64,000 nucleotides of DNA, taken from contig VGFS01000001.1 in the NCBI GenBank assembly GCA_016868785.1, forward strand, positions 20,631 to 84,630, written 5' to 3'. The stretch's first letter is position 1, and the number at the start of each line of letters is the position of its first letter. Origin of the DNA: Bacteroidota bacterium. GTDB lineage: Bacteria; Bacteroidota; Bacteroidia; NS11-12g; UBA955. A program made the position numbers and the translations under genes. The notes below the pieces were generated by a model. The model was given only the letters and a program-made list of their open reading frames with translations, was not told the origin of the DNA and ran no database searches. This document shows, one piece after another, positions 21,345 through 28,791 of the stretch.

Positions 21345-22670
21345 TTAATAGTGACACTTGGAACATTCCAATCCACCGTTCATGGCTGGTGTCAACTTAA
21401 CCTTGCCGTCGGCTGAAAAATACTTACTCTTGCTCTTGTTGGCAGCGATATCTTTCGCAGCTTTTTCATGTAAAGCCTTGTAGTAGTTGTTGTTGGCAAC
21501 ATCTACTTGCGCATTTCTGTGGCAATCGATACACCAACCCATTTGCAATGTACTGTGCTGCTGAACAACTTCCATTTTCTCCATGGCACCATGACACGTT
21601 TGACAATTTTGCTTGCCCACATTGACGTGCTGTGCGTGGTTAAAATAAGCGTGGTCCGGTAAGTTGTGAATTCTCACCCAACGAATCGGACGAGGATTTT
21701 TGCCATATTCTTCACCTGGCTTCGCTTCTGGATTGTAATCTAAAGCCGCATAAATTTTCTTTATTTCAGGAGAAATCTCTCCGTTGTATTTGTCGGTCAG
21801 TTGAACGCCCTTGTGACAGTTCATACAAGTATTCAGTGCAGGTATTGAGGCCTGTTTACTTTCCTCTACAGTTGAGTGACAATATTTACAATCCAACTTC
21901 AGTTCACCTGCATGCAGCTTGTGCGAAAAAGCAATGGGTTGTTTTGGTGCGTAACCTTTTTGAACACCCACCTCGGTGATTGAGAACTCAAATCCGTAAT
22001 AAGCACCTGCACCACCCAGAATCGCAAATGTAAACAGAGCTAAAACCACAGGATTTTTCTTGCCCCATTTCCCTGGAAGTATTTTCTCAAAGAAACCCTT
22101 TTTGGGCGCATTCAATGCTGCTAATTCTTCTCGATTTTTCTCAGACGCTACACGTTTGAGCGTATTTTTCACGCGGGCCAAAATAAGTAGCACTACGCTG
22201 AAAATCCCCACTAAAACCAACAGAATATACAACGTTGTACTGTCGTCTTTGGGTTGATTGGCATCTGCAACAACTGCTACAGCTTTTTGGGGCTCGGGTG
22301 CAGTTTTGATGTATTCAACAATATCCAACACGTTGGCTGGAGTCAAGTTCTCGAAAATGTTCATGGCCGCTCCACCGTATTCGGCATAAAGCGCAATCGC
22401 ATCAGGGTCTTTGGTTACCTTCCGGAACTTCTCGTTGTTACGAACCCATTGAATCAACCATTCTTCTGAGCGACGAGTGTGTACGCCTCTCAAGGCAGGA
22501 CCCACTACTTTTTTGTCTAAAGCGTGACAGCTACCACAGTTGTTGGCTTCGTACAACTTTTTTCCGTTTTCGGCATTGGGCTTGTCTTGAGCGTAAGAGG
22601 ATACAGAAACAGCCATCAAGGCTGACAGCATCCACACTTTCATTTGTCTAGCAATCGTGTTTGTGAACAT
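21345..22670 (-). CDS. actA: ACIII multiheme cytochrome c ActA (six CxxCH)
   Basis: CGSCH in the N-terminal domain, two TM segments, then CKYCH, CMNCH, CQTCH, CIDCH and CSKCH. Confidence 0.93.
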   Translation of the reverse strand: MFTNTIARQMKVWMLSALMAVSVSSYAQDKPNAENGKKLYEANNCGSCHALDKKVVGPALRGVHTRRSEEWLIQWVRNNEKFRKVTKDPDAIALYAEYGGAAMNIFENLTPANVLDIVEYIKTAPEPQKAVAVVADANQPKDDSTTLYILLVLVGIFSVVLLILARVKNTLKRVASEKNREELAALNAPKKGFFEKILPGKWGKKNPVVLALFTFAILGGAGAYYGFEFSITEVGVQKGYAPKQPIAFSHKLHAGELKLDCKYCHSTVEESKQASIPALNTCMNCHKGVQLTDKYNGEISPEIKKIYAALDYNPEAKPGEEYGKNPRPIRWVRIHNLPDHAYFNHAQHVNVGKQNCQTCHGAMEKMEVVQQHSTLQMGWCIDCHRNAQVDVANNNYYKALHEKAAKDIAANKSKSKYFSADGKVKLTPAMNGGLECSKCHY

Positions 22671-22687
22671 TGTCTTTTTTCGCGATG

Positions 22688-22695
22688 CAAATATA
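22688..22695 (-). promoter_or_regulatory. -7 element TATATTTG of the act operon
   Basis: Exact TAnnTTTG match 17 nt before the actA ATG. Confidence 0.7.
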
Positions 22696-22911
22696 CAAAA
22701 TGCCCAGACCGCGAAAAAGTAAATTGTTCACAGAGTTTCAATTTAAAATCAATCTAAACAAATTCTATACTGCAATGAAATACTGCGAATTATAAAATAA
22801 GAAACTCAACCTAAAATTGGATTTCCACATTGCCAATCGCGGATTGTACAGCCACGGAAACACGAAGATTAACACAATATTACCGAAAGTGAACAATCCC
22901 GAATTTACTCA

Positions 22912-23847
22912 CTAAGATTTCAACCAATCTAGGTAATTGATGTAGCTTGCGGTGGCTAACTGAGAGTAGTTCTGAGAGGAATTACCGAAGGCCCCTGCCT
23001 GGGTTTTCCATAATTTCATGATGAGTTCCTCCCCTGTTCTCACCTCACCTACTGCTGTAACTGCTTTGCGAACATTGCCAGCTCCTGCATTATACACATG
23101 CATTACAAGTAATTGAAACCAAAGTTGATCCACATCGGGTTGTAATCCTGCCGACATGGCCATGCGCGTGGCATTGGGAATACAGTAATCACGCATCAGC
23201 TTTGCGGCTGCCATACTGCTAAGTTCGAAATTATGTCGATCATCCCTACTGCTGCTCACAACCAAACCATACTTCCTCGCTACAAAGGGCATCAATTGGT
23301 AATATCCCACCGCCCCACTGATAGAACGGGCTCTGGGATTATTGGGTGATTCAATCAACAAAATCAACTGGGCATAGATGGGATTGACCCCTATTTCATC
23401 GAATACTCTTTTGGCATCATCGACCAAGGGACCCACCTTTTGAAAATCAAAGAATTCGCGCTTACCCCTGACAAACTTTACCAATTCGCAGGTTTCATAA
23501 CCAAAGGTATCCCGATAACACTGAGCAGTTTGCTCCAATCCATCAGCATTCACCAGAGAATCCAAAAGCTTGGCAGAAATCACATCCATCATATTGCGAC
23601 TATCTTTATGCACCACTAAGGCAGAGTCTTTGGTCAGCAAAATGACTTTTTGCCAAACCTGAACAGCGGGTTGTTTCCTGAAAAAATCCAATTGTTCTGA
23701 TGGCACTATCACGCAATGAAAGGAATCCCTGGGCAGGGTTTTCGTGGGTTTGGTGGTTGACTGACAGGAAGCAACAGAGCTAAAACCCAAAAACAACATC
23801 AACCCAAGTGCATTCATCCAAACATCGTTTAATCCTTTTACTTTCAT
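22912..23847 (-). CDS. Lytic transglycosylase (SLT domain), probably exported
   Basis: LIES catalytic Glu motif, GAVGYYQLMP and YNAG; lipobox-like VASC. Confidence 0.82.
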   Translation of the reverse strand: MKVKGLNDVWMNALGLMLFLGFSSVASCQSTTKPTKTLPRDSFHCVIVPSEQLDFFRKQPAVQVWQKVILLTKDSALVVHKDSRNMMDVISAKLLDSLVNADGLEQTAQCYRDTFGYETCELVKFVRGKREFFDFQKVGPLVDDAKRVFDEIGVNPIYAQLILLIESPNNPRARSISGAVGYYQLMPFVARKYGLVVSSSRDDRHNFELSSMAAAKLMRDYCIPNATRMAMSAGLQPDVDQLWFQLLVMHVYNAGAGNVRKAVTAVGEVRTGEELIMKLWKTQAGAFGNSSQNYSQLATASYINYLDWLKS

Positions 23848-23882
23848 TGCAACTTCTTTCTTCTTTTGATTAGCTCACGTCA

Positions 23883-24917
23883 TTATTTGCAGTGTGCATC
23901 CAACCATTTTTTGGCGGCTTTCTCTCCCAATTGAAAACTTCTTTCCCAATCTACGCAAGCCAACCCCACTTTGCCCTGGTTGTACCTGGCGATACCTCTT
24001 CCCAAATAGGCATAGGCTGGCGAACCATTTTTCATTTTGATGGATTTGCTCAACCACTCATCGGCTTCTTGCCATTTTTCCTGTTGCAACAAACAATGTC
24101 CATAGTCTGCGAGCAAATCAGGGTCATTGGGTGAGGTTTTCAGTAGTTCTGAATACACTGTGGCTGCCTCATCGATGCGATTCAAATAAAACAAGGCATC
24201 GCCCTTGTAACGCAAGAAACCTAAATTTTTCGGATCACCAACCAACATCTCATCAACCAAATTCAAACAAGTGGCATATTGTTCTGCCTGAAAAGTGGCA
24301 TACACATAGTGAGTCTTAACCGCTTTACTATTTGGGTATTTCGCATAGGTTGATCCCAGAATTTTGGCGTACACAGGCACTTGCTTAATCTTTTCAAAAT
24401 GTTGCAGTTGTTTGATCCCGAAGCGATAAATTGTGAAGAAATCATCCCCTAATTGCTGATACAACCATTCAAAATCTGATTGGAAGGTTTCGTATTCAGA
24501 CAACAACATCGACAGTTCCATGCGCTCTATGTGGGCGAAAGTATCCTGAGCGACACCTCCCAAGTATCGGTTAATATCGCTATATGCAAACTGATAATTC
24601 TCTGTTTCCTTGTAGGCAATGTAACGATACAAATACGTTTGAATACGATTAGGATTCAGCAAAATTGCCTTGTTAAAATCAACCACTGCAGAGCCAAAAT
24701 CTTTCATGTGCACACGAACCACGCCGCGTGTAACCCAAGCAATATCCTCGTGCGGCTTCATGTCTACCGCTTGATCCAAACTCACAATGGCCGTTGTGTA
24801 ATCCCCTTTTTCATCGGAGCGAAGTCCGAACGACATTAGTTGATCAAAGGTGTACTGAGCCGTTGCCACTCGGAATAATAATGAAAATAGAATGATGAGG
24901 GGAAGACGTTTTTGCAT
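23883..24917 (-). CDS. Tetratricopeptide repeat protein with signal peptide
   Basis: TPR patterns (AWVTRG..DFNKAI, AYLGRG..ACVDW). Confidence 0.85.
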   Translation of the reverse strand: MQKRLPLIILFSLLFRVATAQYTFDQLMSFGLRSDEKGDYTTAIVSLDQAVDMKPHEDIAWVTRGVVRVHMKDFGSAVVDFNKAILLNPNRIQTYLYRYIAYKETENYQFAYSDINRYLGGVAQDTFAHIERMELSMLLSEYETFQSDFEWLYQQLGDDFFTIYRFGIKQLQHFEKIKQVPVYAKILGSTYAKYPNSKAVKTHYVYATFQAEQYATCLNLVDEMLVGDPKNLGFLRYKGDALFYLNRIDEAATVYSELLKTSPNDPDLLADYGHCLLQQEKWQEADEWLSKSIKMKNGSPAYAYLGRGIARYNQGKVGLACVDWERSFQLGEKAAKKWLDAHCK

Positions 24918-25028
24918 TGCGGGGATAAAACAAAAATCCGACCAAAATTGTCATTCATGCATCGGGGATATCTACAAACGTTGGATTGTCTAATTGTGAG
25001 GACTCAATTCCATTACTTTTGCAAAAAC

Positions 25029-25763
25029 ATGACTGAACAAATCGTACATCGCAGAAAGGAACACTTATTCTTGGTTTTGGGTATGTTGTTTCTCACCAAC
25101 GCCATCGTGGCTGAGTTTATAGGCGCTAAAATATTTTCTTTGGAAAAAAGTTTGGGGATGGCTCCTGCAAACATTTCATTGCTGGGGGGGACTTTTAACT
25201 TCGACATGACCTCCGGGGTAATTTTGTGGCCCATCGTTTTTATACTGACCGATTTGATCAATGAATATTACGGCAAAAAGGGCGTTCAGAAGCTTTCATG
25301 GATTGCAGCGGGGTTGCTGGTTTACGCTTTCGTTGCTGTGCGATTGGCCATGAATTTGAAAGGTGCGGATTTTTGGCTGAGCAGTGGACAAAACCAAGGC
25401 TTAGGTGATATGTCGTCGGCGTTCAATGCTGTTTTTGGCCAAGGGCTGATGATTATTATAGGTTCCTTGGTGGCCTTTTTGGTAGGTCAGATCGTGGATG
25501 CCATCATTTTCACCAAATTAAAAGAAATGACGGGGGAAAAATTCATTTGGTTGAGGGCTACTGGAAGCACGGTGGTAAGCCAATTTATTGATAGTTACAT
25601 CGTGTTGGTGATTGCTTTTTACCTCGGCGGCAAATACGATTTGATTTGGGTGTTGCAGGTTGGAACAATCAACTATATGTACAAATTGGGCATGGCTATT
25701 TGTTTATTGCCCTTACTATACGGGGTGCATGCGGTCATAGACCGTTATTTGGGTATCAGGTAA
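25029..25763 (+). CDS. yhhQ: Queuosine precursor transporter (VUT/YhhQ family)
   Basis: FILTDLINEYYG, GSLVAFLVGQIVD and RATGSTVVSQFIDS motifs. Start moved to ATG 25029, after the TACTTTTG element. Confidence 0.9.
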   Translation: MTEQIVHRRKEHLFLVLGMLFLTNAIVAEFIGAKIFSLEKSLGMAPANISLLGGTFNFDMTSGVILWPIVFILTDLINEYYGKKGVQKLSWIAAGLLVYAFVAVRLAMNLKGADFWLSSGQNQGLGDMSSAFNAVFGQGLMIIIGSLVAFLVGQIVDAIIFTKLKEMTGEKFIWLRATGSTVVSQFIDSYIVLVIAFYLGGKYDLIWVLQVGTINYMYKLGMAICLLPLLYGVHAVIDRYLGIR

Positions 25764-26388
25764 AAGCCAGCATGAGTCCTGACAGAATCATCACGATTCC
25801 CGTGATAAGTCCGGCATTGTGTTCTAGGCGATGTGAATTCCAGCGTTCTAGGCATTGAAAACCGATCCACACGCCACCCATCATACTCAACCAAGTGGTA
25901 AGGGAATAGACCAAGACGAGCGTGATGATCACGCTCCACCCGAGAGGAGCGAGGGTGAAGAAATACGATTCTATCTCCATGCAGGGCGATAAAAACAACG
26001 AGAATAATACCACACCAAAAGCCCACTTACCTTCTTGATTGGTGGCATTTTGGGGGAATTGAAAATGGTGGTGGCGGTGATGTCTATACAAAAACCAGAG
26101 ACCCAAAAGCACCATCAACAGTGATCCCAAAGTTTCAAAATGAGCATCGGCGAACCAACGTGAGGCAGCATTTGAGGCTTGAAGACCCATCATTGTAAGT
26201 TGAGCTACTGCGAGGCCAATAATCACGGTGCCTCCAGCATGAGCAATGGCTGCTAATCCCGTGTATCTCAACGTTTGCGATTTTGTCCAACCCATCTTTT
26301 TGGCGAGTGCCAAAAATGGCAGCCAGTGGCCAGGAATAAATCCGTGCAATACGCTAATCATAAACGCCGCGATGAGTTGTTCTGTCAT
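25756..26388 (-). CDS. His-rich membrane protein, NicO/RcnA/UreH-like putative metal transporter
   Basis: HGFIPGHW, AHAGGT, HHRHHH loop and LSPCME; about six TM segments. Confidence 0.65.
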   Translation of the reverse strand: MTEQLIAAFMISVLHGFIPGHWLPFLALAKKMGWTKSQTLRYTGLAAIAHAGGTVIIGLAVAQLTMMGLQASNAASRWFADAHFETLGSLLMVLLGLWFLYRHHRHHHFQFPQNATNQEGKWAFGVVLFSLFLSPCMEIESYFFTLAPLGWSVIITLVLVYSLTTWLSMMGGVWIGFQCLERWNSHRLEHNAGLITGIVMILSGLMLAFT

Positions 26389-26407
26389 TTCAACAAAGAT
26401 AGCGATG

Positions 26408-26441
26408 AAAAAAGAAAAGCCCCGCCGAAGCGAGGCTTTTC
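26408..26441 (-). terminator. Intrinsic terminator of rpsA
   Basis: Minus strand reads AAAAGCCTCGC-TTCG-GCGGGGCTTTTCTTTTTT (cUUCGg tetraloop). Confidence 0.88.
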
Positions 26442-26457
26442 CATCGTTTGATTAAAT

Positions 26458-28623
26458 TTAGAGTGATTTGGCTTCTTCCATCCATTTACCCCACTGATCA
26501 GCAGATATTTTTGAATCTTCTGCAGTCATTGCGGCAATTTTGTCTCCGGTCAAACCTTTCAAGTCATCGATGCTATTCACACCCAAAGCAATCATGCGCT
26601 TTTCCATTGCTGGACCTACACCTGAAAGTGATTTCAAGGTAGCGGCACTGGCAGTTGAAGTTTCTTCTTTTGCAGTTTCTACTTTAACGGCTTTTACTTT
26701 AACAGTTTCTGCTTTTTCAGTTTCTGCTTTTTCAGATTTTGCTTTTTCAGATTTTGCTTTTGACTCGTTTTTTTCAGCTTTTTCGAACTGAGCGCGCAAG
26801 GCTGTCAAGGCATCCAACTCACCGAATGTTGATTTTTCAGAAGTTTGGTTGATTTTCTTAACAACTTTGGTTGCGTTCTTGCGGGCTTTGTCTTTGGCGT
26901 TGTTTTCAGCCTCTTTGCTAGCTCTTTCAGCACTTTTCCAGATGTTGGTGTGAGAAACGATGATACGCTTGGCATCTTTTGAAAACTCGATTACTTCGAA
27001 TTCCAACGTTTCGTCATCAGACATAGTGGTGTTATTAGCCTTCTTGATATGACGTGATGGCGCAAATGCTTCAACACCGTATTGCATTTGGATTGTAGCA
27101 CCTTTGTCGTTCACCGACATTACAGTACCCTCATGGATTGAGCCGATTGAGAAAATATTCTCAAAAGTTTCCCATGGGTTTTCTTCCAATTGCTTGTGGC
27201 CCAAGCTCAAGCGGCGGTTTTCTTTGTCCACTTCCAATACAACCACTTCCAATTTTTCACCTTTTTTGGTGAACTCACTTGGGTGCTTGATTTTCTTGTT
27301 CCAACTCAAGTCAGAAACGTGTACCAAACCATCAATTCCCTCTTCCAATTCCAAGAACAAACCGTATGAAGTCAAATTCTTAACCACTCCAGAATGTTTG
27401 CTGTTAACCGCATACTTATTCTCGATATCAATCCAAGGATCTTGAGTTAATTGTTTAATGCCCAACGACATTTTGTGCTCGGAACGATCCAATGAAAGTA
27501 CCAAAGCTTCTACGTCGTCACCCACTTTCAGGTATTCTGAAGGGTTGCGCAAATGTGAACTCCAGCTCATTTCACTTACGTGAACCAAACCTTCCACACC
27601 TGGCTTGATTTCGATGAAAGCACCGTAATCAGCAACAGAAACAACCTTACCGCTTACTTTGGTACCTTCCAAAATATCAGCTGTTAAGTTATCCCATGGG
27701 TGAGAAGTCAATTGCTTCAAGCCCAATGAAATACGCTTCTTGGTATCATCATAATCCAAGATAACCACTTGAATACGGTCGTCGAGTTTCAACACCTCTT
27801 CTGGGTGGTTGATACGACCCCAAGAGATATCCGTGATGTGCAACAAACCGTCGATACCACCCAAATCTACGAACACACCGAATGATGTCATGTTTTTCAC
27901 AACACCTTCCAATACTTGTCCTTTTTCCAATTTCGACAAAATCACAGATTTCTGTGCTTCGATATCGTCTTCAATCAGGGCTTTGTGAGATACAACTACG
28001 TTTTTGTATATTTCATTGATTTTAACAATCTTGAAATCCATATTTTTACCTACGTACTGATCGTAATCACGTACGGGTTTGGTATCAATTTGTGAACCAG
28101 GCAGGAACGTATCAAAACTGAATACATCTACCACCAAACCACCTTTGGTTCTGCTGCGAACATAACCTGTAACAATGGCGTCGTTGTTGTGTGCTTCAAC
28201 AATTTTCTCCCAAGCAGTTTCTTGCAAAGCTTTCTTTCTGCTCAAAATCAATTGACCCATTTTGTCTTCAGCGATGTCTACAAATACTTCAACTTCATCG
28301 CCCAGTGCCAAATTGGGAACATCACGGAATTCAGTGCGAGGTACAAGACCATCGCTCTTGAATCCAATGTTCACAACCACGTCTTTTTCGTTCATACCCA
28401 CAACAGTACCTTTTACCACTTGTTTTTCAACAACCGGTTGGAAAGTAGAGTTGTAAGCATCCTCAAGACGCTTGCGCTCATCGTTAGAATAAGACTCGAA
28501 GCCGGCTTCATCGGCTCCCCAGTCGAAATCGTCATGTGCTGCTGCTACAGCTGCTTTGGTGTTTTTTGCCTTAGAAACTTCTACGGTTTCCTCGATGGCT
28601 TGTTCGTTTTTTTCGTTTGTCAA
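26458..28623 (-). CDS. rpsA: 30S ribosomal protein bS1 with C-terminal K/A/E linker and HhH-like domain
   Basis: Repeated S1 domains (FLPGSQID, DGLLHITDISW, EGLVHVSEMSW, DGLVHVSDLSW). TTG start at 28623 inferred from the upstream SD and -7 element. Confidence 0.96.
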   Translation of the reverse strand: MTNEKNEQAIEETVEVSKAKNTKAAVAAAHDDFDWGADEAGFESYSNDERKRLEDAYNSTFQPVVEKQVVKGTVVGMNEKDVVVNIGFKSDGLVPRTEFRDVPNLALGDEVEVFVDIAEDKMGQLILSRKKALQETAWEKIVEAHNNDAIVTGYVRSRTKGGLVVDVFSFDTFLPGSQIDTKPVRDYDQYVGKNMDFKIVKINEIYKNVVVSHKALIEDDIEAQKSVILSKLEKGQVLEGVVKNMTSFGVFVDLGGIDGLLHITDISWGRINHPEEVLKLDDRIQVVILDYDDTKKRISLGLKQLTSHPWDNLTADILEGTKVSGKVVSVADYGAFIEIKPGVEGLVHVSEMSWSSHLRNPSEYLKVGDDVEALVLSLDRSEHKMSLGIKQLTQDPWIDIENKYAVNSKHSGVVKNLTSYGLFLELEEGIDGLVHVSDLSWNKKIKHPSEFTKKGEKLEVVVLEVDKENRRLSLGHKQLEENPWETFENIFSIGSIHEGTVMSVNDKGATIQMQYGVEAFAPSRHIKKANNTTMSDDETLEFEVIEFSKDAKRIIVSHTNIWKSAERASKEAENNAKDKARKNATKVVKKINQTSEKSTFGELDALTALRAQFEKAEKNESKAKSEKAKSEKAETEKAETVKVKAVKVETAKEETSTASAATLKSLSGVGPAMEKRMIALGVNSIDDLKGLTGDKIAAMTAEDSKISADQWGKWMEEAKSL
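26705..26764 (-). repeat. Four imperfect 15-bp tandem repeats encoding the EKAKS/EKAET linker of bS1
   Basis: Plus-strand units: gtttctgctttttca x2, gattttgctttttca, gattttgcttttgac. Confidence 0.85.
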
Positions 28624-28630
28624 GAAATAG

Positions 28631-28658
28631 TTCCTCCTTTGATCGAGCGGCAAAATTA
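28631..28658 (-). promoter_or_regulatory. rpsA -7 element TAATTTTG (28651-28658) and strong Shine-Dalgarno AAAGGAGG (28633-28640)
   Basis: Minus strand reads TAATTTTGccgctcgatcAAAGGAGGaactatttcTTG. Confidence 0.8.
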
Positions 28659-28791
28659 GTGAATTATTGTGGAATAATCGAGAAAAAGACAGATTTTGGA
28701 ATATTTGCAAATAGTTGTATCCGTGCAACTTGGATTTTTTCAATTTTCGCAAACATTCAAAACGAAAATTCTTGTAGGTTTGCCATTAGGT

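Noticed and set aside
24918..25028. preQ1 riboswitch upstream of yhhQ
   Set aside because: The -7 element is only 7 nt from the ATG, leaving no leader, and I saw no preQ1 aptamer pattern.
28624..28791. Overlapping N-terminal extensions of rpsA (to 28752) and the GT-C gene (from 28696)
   Set aside because: These extensions cross the divergent promoters; starts at 28623 and 28792 fit better.
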